Below are positions 28,847 through 39,160 of a stretch of 64,000 nt of DNA, in pieces. The translations under genes and the position numbers were made by a program. The stretch's first letter is position 1, and every line of letters starts with the position of its first letter. Below the pieces are notes generated by a model. That model was not told the DNA's origin, did not search any database, and saw only the letters and a list, made by a program, of their open reading frames with translations. Origin of the DNA: Bacillota bacterium. Its GTDB lineage: Bacteria > Bacillota > Bacilli > Bacillales > Amphibacillaceae. The stretch lies in assembly GCA_036377675.1 (NCBI GenBank), contig DASUXY010000026.1, positions 5,444 through 69,443 of the forward strand, in the 5' to 3' direction.

Positions 28847-28883
28847 TTCATCAGATTTGATCCGGAGATCCAGATCTATAAAT

Positions 28884-29696
28884 CTATTCAACAATAGTGA
28901 CATTAACTGTACGTACACCCCAATGAACGGCTTCTTTTTTCGTAGGTACGTAAACATCAATTTTATTACCTTTTATAGCACTACCTACATCTGCTGCTGT
29001 CGCATATCCATAACCTTCCACGTGCACTTTTGTGCCTAACGGAATGACTTTCGGATCAACAGCGATCACTTTAGAGTTTGGATTTTTATTTAAATCAACA
29101 CCTGTAGCCGTCACTCCTGTACATCCATCACAGGATGCTGTATAGGCAGTGGCTGAAACTGAAATCGTCTTTCCTTCTGGCGATGGAGTCGGCTCTTTAT
29201 TTTCAGTTGCTGTTTTAGAAGCTGTTGATTGTTCATTTGCTTTAGATGTATTTTGTGTCCTCGTTGGTTGTTCGCTCTTTGTTGATTGTTCTTGCACCGC
29301 AGGTTTTTCCAGTTTTTCCTGTTTTTTAGGTGAGCTAGCCCCATTCAGTTCGAGCTCCTGTCCAACGACAATGACATCTGATTGTAAGTTGTTCCATTGT
29401 TTTAAATCGTGTATAGATACATTGACCTCTTTTGCAATTTTAAACAGTGTGTCGCCTTTTTCTACGATATATGGTTTATTGTTATCATTTATGTTTAGTT
29501 TTTGGTTTGGATGAATCGTTGCATCGTTTAAATTGTTTACTTCCATTAGATGATCTACCGTTGTATTATGTTGTTTTGCAATTTTCCAGAGGTTTTCTCC
29601 TTGTTGTACTTCGTATGATTGTGCTGAGACACTTGTTCCAGCAACGCCAGCAATCATAAAACCTGTAGCAATTGTAGCTACTATTTTCTTCATCAT
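28884..29696 (-). CDS. Secreted cell-wall-binding protein with two LysM repeats and a C-terminal 3D domain (YocH-like)
   Basis: A signal peptide is followed by two LysM repeats (YEVQQGENLWKIAKQHNTTVDHLMEVNNL and YIVEKGDTLFKIAKEVNVSIHDLKQWNNL). A low-complexity linker follows. The 3D domain reads ATAYTASCDGCTGVTATGVDL...IAVDPKVIPLGTKVHVEGYGYATAADVGSAIKGNKIDVY. Confidence 0.8.
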   Translation of the reverse strand: MMKKIVATIATGFMIAGVAGTSVSAQSYEVQQGENLWKIAKQHNTTVDHLMEVNNLNDATIHPNQKLNINDNNKPYIVEKGDTLFKIAKEVNVSIHDLKQWNNLQSDVIVVGQELELNGASSPKKQEKLEKPAVQEQSTKSEQPTRTQNTSKANEQSTASKTATENKEPTPSPEGKTISVSATAYTASCDGCTGVTATGVDLNKNPNSKVIAVDPKVIPLGTKVHVEGYGYATAADVGSAIKGNKIDVYVPTKKEAVHWGVRTVNVTIVE

Positions 29697-29930
29697 AATT
29701 CCCTCCTTGGATTTCTGACAATGCCTATACTATCACAGTACAAACGTCATTACAGTTACAGGAGGCTTAAAAGTGTATTACAACAATTACTTGAAAGCCC
29801 TTCCTATATTACAATTGTTATTTTTTCATTACAAAAGGACTATAACGTTACATTTGTAGGTATTTATACCCATTCCCAACATATTTAGGCACATTTTTTA
29901 CGGTCAGAGGGATGTTCAGACGAAATAAAT

Positions 29931-29966
29931 AAAAAAGGGTGGCTCTATGTGGCCTCCCTTTTTTTT
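29931..29966 (-). terminator. Terminator after peptide ABC locus 1
   Basis: A-run, then GGGTGGC-tctatgtg-GCCTCCC (one mismatch), then T8. On the minus strand the stem is followed by UUUUUUAUUUAUUU. Confidence 0.65.
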
Positions 29967-30029
29967 GGATGACTCATTTATTCGAATGTTTTAAGACGAG
30001 TATGACTAACTCGACGAATAAGCGAACTA

Positions 30030-30941
30030 TTATTTCGTTGTTTTCGGATCAAAGGCATCTTTTAAACCTTCGCCAACGAAGTTAATCGATAGAATCGTTA
30101 ACGTGATACAAACTGCTGGTGGAACCCAAATCCATAACTTATTTTGGAGGACATCGGTTTGTCTCGCTTCCATTAACATATTTCCCCAACTAGGGATTTC
30201 CGGAGGGACACCAACACCGATAAAACTTAATCCTGCTTCGGCAACGATATAGGTAGCGAGTAAGAGGGTTGCTTGCACGATGACCGTCGTCATAACGTTC
30301 GGAAATAAATGTTTGCCGATTACCTTGATTGGTTTGCAACCGATGGAAGTCGCTGCTAATACGTACTCATTTTCTTTTTCTGCTAAAATTTTACTGCGAA
30401 CAATCCGTGCGACTCCACCCCAACCAATCAAGCTGAACACAATGATTAAACTCCACATCCCGGTTACCTTATCATAACCAATCATAATCGCATTTAACAC
30501 GATGACGAAGACCATGAACGGAATCGTCAATATAAAATCTGTTAAACGCATGAGTAGGTTATCGATCCAGCCACCAAAATATCCAGAAACAGAGCCGATG
30601 ATGGAGCCAATCAATGTTACAAAAAACATCGAAGTCAATCCAATCGTCAAAGAAACTCTCCCCCCATAAAGGGTTCTTATCAAAACATCTCTCCCATTTC
30701 GATCTGTTCCTAGCCAATATTCACTTGAAGGGGGTTGATTCGTTTCCGACATATGAATTCGTTCGATATCCGTTGAAGTGATGTAAGGGACCGAAAAAGA
30801 AACAGCCGTGATAAAAATAAGAAAAATGAGACTAATCATCGCTAATTTTCTTTTCATAAACTTTTTACGGGCAATCGTCCACGTGGAATCGAATTTACTT
30901 GAGTCAACCTGCAGAGCGGATGCGTCCCTAGTTTGTTCCAT
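30030..30941 (-). CDS. Peptide ABC transporter permease (OppC/DppC-like), locus 1
   Basis: YWLGTDRNGRDVLIRTLYGGRVSL, plus the EAA-type loop ...AATSIGCKPIKVIGKHLFPN... The start is moved to ATG 30941, 9 nt after AAGGGGGA. Confidence 0.85.
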   Translation of the reverse strand: MEQTRDASALQVDSSKFDSTWTIARKKFMKRKLAMISLIFLIFITAVSFSVPYITSTDIERIHMSETNQPPSSEYWLGTDRNGRDVLIRTLYGGRVSLTIGLTSMFFVTLIGSIIGSVSGYFGGWIDNLLMRLTDFILTIPFMVFVIVLNAIMIGYDKVTGMWSLIIVFSLIGWGGVARIVRSKILAEKENEYVLAATSIGCKPIKVIGKHLFPNVMTTVIVQATLLLATYIVAEAGLSFIGVGVPPEIPSWGNMLMEARQTDVLQNKLWIWVPPAVCITLTILSINFVGEGLKDAFDPKTTK

Positions 30942-30957
30942 TATGAATAGTCCCCCT

Positions 30958-31926
30958 TTAATAACGAATTCTCGGATCAACGACCCCATAAAGTAAATCG
31001 GCAACAAGGTTTCCTAGTAACGTTAATAATGAAAATAATACCGTTAACGTCATCACGACTGGATAATCTCTCGTCGTTACCGAATCTACAAATAACATGC
31101 CAATTCCAGGATAGGTGAAAATCGTTTCCGTTATAATCGCTCCGCCGATGAGTGACGCTAAATCAAATCCAAAAAATGTGACAAGTGGGATGATTGAATT
31201 TCTTAAAATATGTTTATTATAAATGGTCGACTCTTTCGTACCCCTTGCTCGAGCACTACGCACATAATCTTTTTGACTATTTTGCACGATATCATTTCTT
31301 AAAAACTGTGTATACGATGCCGTAGATAGCAATCCTAATGTTAAAGCAGGTAAGATGACGTGATAGATTCGACTATTCCAAAACGCAAGCGTCCCTTTTT
31401 CCAATCCGGATGCCACAGAACCATTCGATGGGAACCAACCGAGTTTAAAGGCAAAAAAGTAAATCGCGACGATGGCAATAATATATTGCGGAATGGCAAG
31501 CCCCGTATAGTTAAACGTAGCAATAAGGTGATCGCCAACTGTATATGGATTTCTCCCCGAATACATTCCTAACGTAAAGGCGAGCATGTACGTTAAGATG
31601 AGTGCGGATATGCCTAAAAAGATCGTGTTCGGTAGACGGTCTTTAATGACATCGATGACCGGCTTTTTATACGTTGTTGATTTTCCTAAATCTCCTTGGA
31701 CAACATTTTTCACCCATCGTGTATATTGCACATGGAGCGGGTCATAATACCCCAGCTTTTCTCTCATTTCTTCGATATACTCGACATTTGTATTATTCGG
31801 GTCAATTTCTCCTGAAAAAGGGTCCCCTGGCATGAGCTTTGCCAGGGAAAATACGACTACGGAGATAAGGATTAATATCGGAATCATCGATACAATTCTA
31901 CGTAATGTATATGCAAACATGTTCAT
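30958..31926 (-). CDS. Peptide ABC transporter permease (OppB/DppB-like), locus 1
   Basis: FAYTLRRIVSMIPILILISVVVFSL..LMPGDP... and ...DYVRSARARGTKESTIYNKHILRNS... The second ATG (31920) has better SD spacing than 31926. Confidence 0.85.
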   Translation of the reverse strand: MNMFAYTLRRIVSMIPILILISVVVFSLAKLMPGDPFSGEIDPNNTNVEYIEEMREKLGYYDPLHVQYTRWVKNVVQGDLGKSTTYKKPVIDVIKDRLPNTIFLGISALILTYMLAFTLGMYSGRNPYTVGDHLIATFNYTGLAIPQYIIAIVAIYFFAFKLGWFPSNGSVASGLEKGTLAFWNSRIYHVILPALTLGLLSTASYTQFLRNDIVQNSQKDYVRSARARGTKESTIYNKHILRNSIIPLVTFFGFDLASLIGGAIITETIFTYPGIGMLFVDSVTTRDYPVVMTLTVLFSLLTLLGNLVADLLYGVVDPRIRY

Positions 31927-31961
31927 ATCTCCTTATCTTGCAGTTTCTTAAGAGTGACTTT

Positions 31962-33695
31962 TTAGTCAGCCTGAATATACCACTCGTGTGGTTCACGTAA
32001 GCCATTTGCATCAATTACGACACCTTGCACTTCTTCGTTCATACCGTATAAGTCCAAGTTTTCCCAAAGTGGTAAGGCTGGTAATTCTTCATTGAATAAT
32101 TTTTGCCAGTCAATATACACATTTTTTCGATATTCTTCATCAAATGAAGCTTCACTCAAGCCATCTTCGAGTAATTCATCGGATTCTTCATTGACCCACC
32201 GTCCATAATTCCACTCAGCCGTACTATGCCACAAACCTGATGGGTCTGGGTCTGATCCCACGATCCACGAGCCAAAAAACACTTCAATATTTTTATCATC
32301 ATTATCTTTCATTTCGTTGTACGTGTTAAATTCAATCAGCTGTCCGGATGCTAATTCTGTTTTCAAGCCGACATCTTCCCAATTTTGCATAATCGCCTGT
32401 GTACGCCCTTCAAAAGCAGCTGGTCCGGCATAATGGCTAAACTTAACGACAAACTCATCTCCATTCGGATCTTCGCGAAAGCCATCCCCATCGACATCTT
32501 TATAGCCCGCTTCATCGAGCAGTTCTTTTGCTTTTTCCGGATCATAATCATACTGCGTAAGCTCTGATTCATCAGCTGCAATCCAATGTACCGACGGAAT
32601 CGGTGTATTGACAATGGTAGCTTTTCCAGCTAAATACGAGTTGACGAGTGATTCACGGTCAAGAGCATAAAACATCGCTTGCCGCAACTCTTTATTTTCG
32701 TATTTATCAAAATTGGCGACAGCTGTCCCTTCATCCTTGTCATAATGACCGAAGCGAAACGCGACGTAAGAGTATCCTAAGCCAGCATGCTCTTCAATCT
32801 GAATATGATCAAACTTCTCCAACTCTTCCACGTCATCAGGACGAATCTCCATTAAATTGACTTCCCCATTTTGCAATGCCCCGATCGTCAATGATGGATC
32901 GATTACCTTTATCATCACTTCCGCTAGTTTCGGCTTACCCTTCCAATAATCATCAAAGCGTTCTAAACTGACATATTCTCCTTCCATAATTTCCTTCACT
33001 TTAAATGGTCCGAGTCCTACGGGATGTTCGCGTACTTCAGGTGCAGATGATAAATCCTTCACCGGAATATCTTCCAGCTCCTTCTTCGGCATCGGCTTCG
33101 TCCATAGGTTTTCCAAGTTATTCACTTTCGCTTCTTTAAAGGTAACGACGGCCGTATACGGGTCTTTTACTTCAAACCCGGAAATCGAATCGGCTTCTCC
33201 TTTCCGATATTCATCGACTCCTTCAATATCTTGCACGTAATTAAAACGAGGTCCATCATAGTCTTTATGAGCGATGACTTCAAGCGCAAATTGCCAATCT
33301 TCCATCGTCAATTCTTCTCCATTATGCCATTTTACACCTTCTTCAAGCGTAAAGGTATACACTTGATTATCTTCTGTCTCCCAACTTGCTAAGTTCGGCT
33401 CATACTCCATATTTTCATTTACCCGGACGAAACCTTCATGTATAAAATCGTTAATGTCACTATCGATCGCACTGCCGGCAAACCCAGGAATAAACAAGCC
33501 TTCAGGTGCTTGGTCAACGGCAAAATTGAGCACGCCGTTTTCATCGATCTTCGCTTCGCTTTCATCTGTTCCACTATCATCGGTTGAATCTTCTTTTTGC
33601 TCCCCTTCATCTTTCGAAGTCGCATCTCCACAGGCAATGACAAATAATGAAAAAACAAACATCATAGCAAGAAGAAAAAAATGTTTTCGTTTCAA
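31962..33695 (-). CDS. Peptide ABC transporter substrate-binding lipoprotein (SBP family 5), locus 1
   Basis: The lipobox is LFVIAC and the 577-aa family-5 body follows. The TTG start lies 5 nt after AAGGGGGAGA. Confidence 0.85.
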   Translation of the reverse strand: MKRKHFFLLAMMFVFSLFVIACGDATSKDEGEQKEDSTDDSGTDESEAKIDENGVLNFAVDQAPEGLFIPGFAGSAIDSDINDFIHEGFVRVNENMEYEPNLASWETEDNQVYTFTLEEGVKWHNGEELTMEDWQFALEVIAHKDYDGPRFNYVQDIEGVDEYRKGEADSISGFEVKDPYTAVVTFKEAKVNNLENLWTKPMPKKELEDIPVKDLSSAPEVREHPVGLGPFKVKEIMEGEYVSLERFDDYWKGKPKLAEVMIKVIDPSLTIGALQNGEVNLMEIRPDDVEELEKFDHIQIEEHAGLGYSYVAFRFGHYDKDEGTAVANFDKYENKELRQAMFYALDRESLVNSYLAGKATIVNTPIPSVHWIAADESELTQYDYDPEKAKELLDEAGYKDVDGDGFREDPNGDEFVVKFSHYAGPAAFEGRTQAIMQNWEDVGLKTELASGQLIEFNTYNEMKDNDDKNIEVFFGSWIVGSDPDPSGLWHSTAEWNYGRWVNEESDELLEDGLSEASFDEEYRKNVYIDWQKLFNEELPALPLWENLDLYGMNEEVQGVVIDANGLREPHEWYIQAD

Positions 33696-33728
33696 AATTG
33701 TCTCCCCCTTATCATTAGCTTTTATTCA

Positions 33729-34748
33729 TCATTCATCTTCATACAACAAACAAGCTACTTGATGATTCGGCCTCACCTCCCTTAATGAAGGGATGATTTC
33801 ACTGCATTGAGGCATCGCTACGGGGCATCTCGAATGAAATACACAACCAGACGGCGGATGTTGTGGACTCGGGACATCGCCTTTTAAAATAATCCGTTCC
33901 TTTTTATGCAGTGGATTCGGTTCAGGAATCGCCGATGTTAATGCTTCTGTATAAGGATGTAACGGTTCCCGGTAAATGGAATCTTTTTCACCCACTTCAA
34001 CAATATTTCCTAAATACATCACACCGATGCGATCGCTCATATGTTTCACTACACTTAAGTCATGGGCAATAAACAAATACGTTAGATCAAACTCTTCTTG
34101 TAAATCTTTCATTAAATTTAACACTTGTGATTGAATCGAAACATCTAGTGCACTGACCGGCTCATCTGCAATGATCAACTTCGGTTGCAATGCTAACGCT
34201 CGGGCAATGCCAATTCGTTGTCGCTGCCCACCGGAAAATTCATGGGGATATTTATAATAGTCTTCTTCTCGTAGTCCGACCCGTTTAATTAAATCGATCA
34301 CTTGATCCTTCAATTCTTTATACGACTTTTTTGTATAATTGACTAACGGCTCACTGACGATATGGCCGACCATCATTTTCGTATTTAACGATGCATAGGG
34401 GTCTTGAAAAACCATTTGGAAATTTTTTCGGACTTTGCGAAGTTTTTCCCCCTTCATATGTGTAATGTCTTCACCATCAAAAATAATGCGCCCATCCGTA
34501 ACATCGGTTAATCGTAAAATGGTTCTTCCAGCGGTAGATTTTCCACATCCGGATTCACCGACGAGGCCAAATGTTTCACCTTTTTTAAGCGTTAGCGATA
34601 TATCATCGACTGCTTTTACTTCGCCAACTTTACGACGAAAAAAACCAGCAGTAATCGGATAATACTTCTTCAAATGCGTTACTTCTAATAAAATGTCTTC
34701 ATCCGTTTGCTGGTGTCGTTGATCCTTTTCCTCTACTTGGTGAGTCAT
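33729..34748 (-). CDS. Peptide ABC transporter ATP-binding protein (OppF/DppF-like), locus 1
   Basis: Walker A GESGCGKST, signature FSGGQRQR, Walker B LIIADEPVSALD, and a C-terminal oligopeptide-ATPase extension with Cys residues. It overlaps the upstream gene by 4 nt (ATGA). Confidence 0.85.
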   Translation of the reverse strand: MTHQVEEKDQRHQQTDEDILLEVTHLKKYYPITAGFFRRKVGEVKAVDDISLTLKKGETFGLVGESGCGKSTAGRTILRLTDVTDGRIIFDGEDITHMKGEKLRKVRKNFQMVFQDPYASLNTKMMVGHIVSEPLVNYTKKSYKELKDQVIDLIKRVGLREEDYYKYPHEFSGGQRQRIGIARALALQPKLIIADEPVSALDVSIQSQVLNLMKDLQEEFDLTYLFIAHDLSVVKHMSDRIGVMYLGNIVEVGEKDSIYREPLHPYTEALTSAIPEPNPLHKKERIILKGDVPSPQHPPSGCVFHSRCPVAMPQCSEIIPSLREVRPNHQVACLLYEDE

Positions 34749-35776
34749 GAACTAAGTTCCTCCTCCTTCCGTTCGGTATCAACGGGATAACATTGTTCAT
34801 AAAGGAGACATCTTGCCAAATGATGGTCATCGAGCTGAGCGAGCTCTGGGGACACTTGTTTACAATCGCCAAAAGCTTGCTGACACCGATCAGCAAATCG
34901 ACAGCCAACTGCGGGCATTTGCGTCAGCGAAGGGACGACACCGCTGATCGTATCTAACTTATCATCCTTCTGCTCCATTCGCGGAATACTATTTAAAAGG
35001 GATTGGGTATATGGATGTTTAGGATTCGTAAACAACTCAATGACATGAGCGCTTTCAATCACTTGTCCGGCATACATAACGACCACTCGATCCGCCATTT
35101 CTGCAACAACTCCTAAATCGTGGGTAATGAGCAAAATCGCCATGTTTTCTTTTTCTTGAATCTCTTTCATTAACTCTAAAATTTGGGCCTGGACGGTTAC
35201 ATCGAGAGCTGTTGTCGGTTCGTCAGCGATTAAAAGCTTCGGGTGAAGTGCAATCGCGATGGCAATCATGACGCGCTGACGCATTCCGCCAGATAATTGA
35301 TGTGGATATTCATCGATGATTTGCTCCGGTCGCGGTATGCCGACTTGTTTTAATAAATCAATCGCTCGACGTCGTGCTGTTTTTTTATCTATTTTTAAAT
35401 GATTAAATAACACTTCCTGCAACTGTGAACCGATTGTAAAAACAGGATTGAGTGCTGTCATCGGTTCTTGGAAAATCATCGCCACATCCTTCCCACGAAT
35501 GGCATTCATTTCCCGTTCTGTTTTCAAAAGTAAATCTTCACCATTCAGTAAAATTTCCCCTTCGGAAATTTTAGATGTTAACTTTGGAAGTAGGCGCATA
35601 ATCGAAAGTGACATGACACTTTTGCCACAGCCGGATTCTCCAACGACACAAACAACCTCTTTCGGTTTTATGTTTAAACCTACATCGACAACCGCATGAT
35701 ATAAGTCGCCATCTATATAAAATCCTGTATGTAAATGTTTAATACGAAGTAAGTCGTCGTCTTTAATCGGTTTCAA
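34745..35776 (-). CDS. Peptide ABC transporter ATP-binding protein (OppD/DppD-like), locus 1
   Basis: Walker A GESGCGKSV, signature LSGGMRQR, Walker [13 protein letters not shown]. The start is TTG, after AAAGGAGTGAGGAAAG. Confidence 0.85.
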   Translation of the reverse strand: MKPIKDDDLLRIKHLHTGFYIDGDLYHAVVDVGLNIKPKEVVCVVGESGCGKSVMSLSIMRLLPKLTSKISEGEILLNGEDLLLKTEREMNAIRGKDVAMIFQEPMTALNPVFTIGSQLQEVLFNHLKIDKKTARRRAIDLLKQVGIPRPEQIIDEYPHQLSGGMRQRVMIAIAIALHPKLLIADEPTTALDVTVQAQILELMKEIQEKENMAILLITHDLGVVAEMADRVVVMYAGQVIESAHVIELFTNPKHPYTQSLLNSIPRMEQKDDKLDTISGVVPSLTQMPAVGCRFADRCQQAFGDCKQVSPELAQLDDHHLARCLLYEQCYPVDTERKEEELSS

Positions 35777-35813
35777 CTTTCCTCACTCCTTTTAATTACA
35801 AAGGGATGTTGAC

Positions 35814-35828
35814 AGTTTTCTGAAATTT
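35814..35828. promoter_or_regulatory. CodY-box candidate in the leader/promoter of peptide ABC locus 1
   Basis: AGTTTTCTGAAATTT matches 13/15 positions of AATTTTCWGAAAATT. It lies just downstream of a minus-strand TTGTTA-N17-TATACT promoter candidate (35837-35865). Confidence 0.4.
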
Positions 35829-36101
35829 GTGTATTTAGTATATAATACTTTTTATATTTTAACAAGTTATTTTAATGGGATTTTTCCGATAATTATTAGG
35901 TGAGTGTTCCTTCATTGTTTCCTTAACAAATCGCGTAACAATCAACAAATATTTTTTAAACTTCTCATTCAAAAGAAAAAACGCGTAAAGAAAGAGTCCC
36001 TAAACCATTAGATCGTTTAGCGACTCCTTTAAAAAATGAATTCATAAAAGAACAATCAGATCGTTCGCAGCGTAAATGTTGCTACAGCCTGAATAACCGA
36101 G

Positions 36102-37646
36102 TCAGCTGCTTTTTCTCTTCATATGCAATAAGCCGCCGACCAAAACAACAACTCCCGACATGAAGCCTGCAGTCATAAACATAAGGGAAAATCCATCTTC
36201 CATTACTGCTGAAACAGTATCGAGTACGTTGGCTCGAAGGCTTGGATTTTCAATCGCATAAATCAATTCCATCAACTCGCCGATGCGATCTTCACGAATT
36301 TGGATCCCTTCTAAAAATTTCTCACCGTACGTTTCCTTTAATACAGGTTCAAGCTGTCTATATCCTCGTGCCATAAACCCAGCATATAACGTCGGAAACA
36401 ACGTTAAGCCAATTTGCCGAATTAATGATAGCGTACCGAGTGCTGAACCATGTTCTTCCTGTTGGGAACTTTCACCAACGAGTACATTTAACGGTGCACC
36501 GAGCAACACTCCTAAACCGATTCCAGCTAAAATACTCGCCACTAAAAATGTCATAAAACCTGTGACGAGAATCGGGAACATAAAGAAACCGATGACTCCC
36601 ATCAACCCAGCAACGATTAGCGTCTTTTCTGGACCATATTTGTCCGTCCAATGCCCACCTAATCCCGCACCGATTCCAGATGATACTGCTAGTGGTGTTA
36701 ACCAAAAACCAGCATTTTCCACAGGAACTTGTAATACTTGCTCTACATAAGCGGGAATAAAAATGATACCAGCTAAAAATCCACCTGATAACAATCCTAA
36801 AAATAAAGTAATTTGAAACAATTTTTTCGTTAAAAGGGAATAAGAAACAATCGGGTCGCCATCTTTTTGTTCAACATTTCGCTCATGAACAATAAATACG
36901 ACAAACAACAATATGCCGAACATTAAAAATGGCCACACGGAACTGTTCGTCAGACTCGCAATAAGTAACTGACCATCTATGTTCGTAATTCCGTACATGA
37001 ACGATAAAATGGCCGCCGATAACAACACCGTCCCTAAAATATCGATTGGAGCTTGCGTTTCAGGCTTTGATTCAGGAATTTTGAAAAAACCAAACAAAAT
37101 TAAAAAGACCGCAATCGGAATATTGATTAAAAACATCCATTGCCATACACCTGTAATATGTAAAATAATTGCTCCTAAATTCGGACCGATGACAGCTGCT
37201 AAACCGTGCATTCCACCTAAAATTCCTAAAGCTTTTCCTTGCTTTTCCTTTGGGAATGTCGCTAAAACGTGTGCGCTTCCAATAATAAATATGCCGCCTC
37301 CACCGAACGATTGAATCAAGCGAGAAATCAATAGAAACGTGAAGTTTGGACTTAAAGCAACGAGTAACGATCCGATTCCAAAAAGAGTGATTTCAACAAT
37401 AAATAAACGTTTTCGCCCGAAGCGATCAGCCAATTTTCCGATAATCGGAGCACTAATCGCAATCCCGAGCGTATAAAGCGTAATCGACCACGCTCCCCAA
37501 GAAGGCGGGACTTGAAAAGATTGATTAATCGTTGTAAGTGCAGTACTAATAATCCCATTATCAAGCCCAGCCATAAATACACCAATAGTAAACAAAAGAA
37601 ATGCCCACTTCTGACTCGCCTGCTTACGATTCAATGGCTCCGACAT
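36102..37646 (-). CDS. MFS transporter, DHA2-like (14 TM)
   Basis: ...GLDNGIISTALTTI...GKLADRFGRKRLF... is MFS motif A. The protein is long and polytopic. The start is moved to ATG 37646; the ORF track uses TTG 37667. Confidence 0.8.
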   Translation of the reverse strand: MSEPLNRKQASQKWAFLLFTIGVFMAGLDNGIISTALTTINQSFQVPPSWGAWSITLYTLGIAISAPIIGKLADRFGRKRLFIVEITLFGIGSLLVALSPNFTFLLISRLIQSFGGGGIFIIGSAHVLATFPKEKQGKALGILGGMHGLAAVIGPNLGAIILHITGVWQWMFLINIPIAVFLILFGFFKIPESKPETQAPIDILGTVLLSAAILSFMYGITNIDGQLLIASLTNSSVWPFLMFGILLFVVFIVHERNVEQKDGDPIVSYSLLTKKLFQITLFLGLLSGGFLAGIIFIPAYVEQVLQVPVENAGFWLTPLAVSSGIGAGLGGHWTDKYGPEKTLIVAGLMGVIGFFMFPILVTGFMTFLVASILAGIGLGVLLGAPLNVLVGESSQQEEHGSALGTLSLIRQIGLTLFPTLYAGFMARGYRQLEPVLKETYGEKFLEGIQIREDRIGELMELIYAIENPSLRANVLDTVSAVMEDGFSLMFMTAGFMSGVVVLVGGLLHMKRKSS

Positions 37647-37816
37647 CCATTTCAACTCCAATTCCAATCCGAAATAACATTCTCATCAACTTCTCTCAAG
37701 TAGTATCTCCACTGTACATGGCTTACCCTCATCATGTGCCGACAACGAACGGACCTCGATATTTTTTGATGAAGCATGTTTTACTAGCAAAACGATTGCA
37801 CAATCTACATCCGTTT

Positions 37817-38749
37817 TTAATCACCGAGAATTCCCTTCATAAAATGACTAATCGCATTGATAATCTTTTTGAAAAAGTTTTCAACCTTTTGCCAAAAACC
37901 TTCGTCTGCCATTAAATCCTCTAACTTATTTTTTACCTTGGAAGAGATTTCATCTAACTGATCTTTCACTTGATCAAAATCAATGTCTAACTCACGCATC
38001 TTTTCAAATAAATTAATGAGTAATTGACGGTCTTCGTCACTTAATGTAATTTCCAGCTTGTCTAATTGTTCTTTAACAATTCGTTCGACATCCTCTTTCG
38101 TTGCTGGATCTTGTTCCGCGATCGCTTTTTTTATTTCCGCCAACAACTCCGTAACTTTTTCATCGTTCATTCCTTCTTTTTTCGCAAGATCCGTTGCGAC
38201 ATCGAGTTCATCATTCGCAAGTTCCATCCGTTCTTTATCGAGCTCAGCACCGTCTACGTCATACGCTTTATAAATCCCTGTTAAAGCGGAGTGGCCAGTC
38301 ACTTTAACCGGTGAAGCTACAACTACCGTAGCGTTTTCTGCTCCAGCAGTTAAAAGAGCATTCGCATACATTTCACTCGTCACCTCGGTAATATTTTCCG
38401 GTGTGACAATGTTAATCGTTAATCCTTTTCCCTCTTCTTCTCGTGTAATCTTTGCAGAAGAGAACATTCTCGAGTTCGGGTTTCCGTTAATATAATGGGC
38501 GATATCTTGACCATCGACTGTATATTCATCAACATAACTTGGATCATCAACGCCTAACAGTTTCCGTGTTTCATCTTTTTGAGCATCTGTCAGTGTATCA
38601 CCTAAGACGACGATCGGTACTCCTAGTTTTTCATTAATAGCATCCGAATCATTCGCAAATCGGTCGACTGCAAAAGTAGGAGTCGTCATGCCGACGAACA
38701 GTGCCATAACTATTCCGCATAAAATCGTTCCGTATAGAAACCGTTTCAT
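37817..38749 (-). CDS. DUF1002-domain secreted protein (YpuA-like)
   Basis: A signal peptide precedes ...LGVPIVVLGDTLTDAQKDETRKLLGV...YINGNPNSRMFSSAKI...TPENITEVTSEMYANALLTAG..., which resembles B. subtilis YpuA. The C-terminal half is an acidic coiled coil. Confidence 0.7.
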   Translation of the reverse strand: MKRFLYGTILCGIVMALFVGMTTPTFAVDRFANDSDAINEKLGVPIVVLGDTLTDAQKDETRKLLGVDDPSYVDEYTVDGQDIAHYINGNPNSRMFSSAKITREEEGKGLTINIVTPENITEVTSEMYANALLTAGAENATVVVASPVKVTGHSALTGIYKAYDVDGAELDKERMELANDELDVATDLAKKEGMNDEKVTELLAEIKKAIAEQDPATKEDVERIVKEQLDKLEITLSDEDRQLLINLFEKMRELDIDFDQVKDQLDEISSKVKNKLEDLMADEGFWQKVENFFKKIINAISHFMKGILGD

Positions 38750-39160
38750 AGTCGATAACTCCTTTTCTTTTTATAATCTAAGCGATGCCTGTTTAATAAT
38801 GAAAAAAGATTACTAACAACATATATATTATACCCTTTTTTTAGTTGTCTTGTGAACATATAAGTAGGATTTCATGAAAAAAATGTATTCAGCAATTAGA
38901 AATACGACTCTTTTTAGCATCGGTTCACCAGAACGGCATGCATAAAGAAATCATCTGAAACGATGATACCATCACTCTCTTTATTAAAAAAACAGACCGT
39001 ATTAGTACGAGAACGTACAAACGCCCACCGATGGTCAGTTGACTGGTAGGCGTCATTTATGAATTAAAATGAATTTATCGTGAAGTTTATCATGAGGATA
39101 GTTTCGTTAAACGAAGGAAGACAGACACCCTCCATCTTCTTGGATGTCTGTCTTGATGAT

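Noticed and set aside
28739-28860. A 36-aa plus-strand ORF (MTDGKDHVASYKNITRKIFHKEKGKTRCNVLFLHQI) 6 nt after AAAGG, in the unassigned region.
   Set aside because: It reads straight through the terminator hairpin and its translation is basic and low in information. A non-coding interpretation is favoured, and Ribo-seq would decide.
29749-29852. Six TGTAAH hexamers (WalR half-site-like) upstream of the YocH-like gene. yocH is a WalR target in B. subtilis.
   Set aside because: None of the pairs has the required TGTWAH-N5-TGTWAH spacing. The observed start-to-start distances are 6, 22, 31, 20 and 19 nt, and the closest candidate pair is N6 with a mismatch. A WalR site is therefore not supported.
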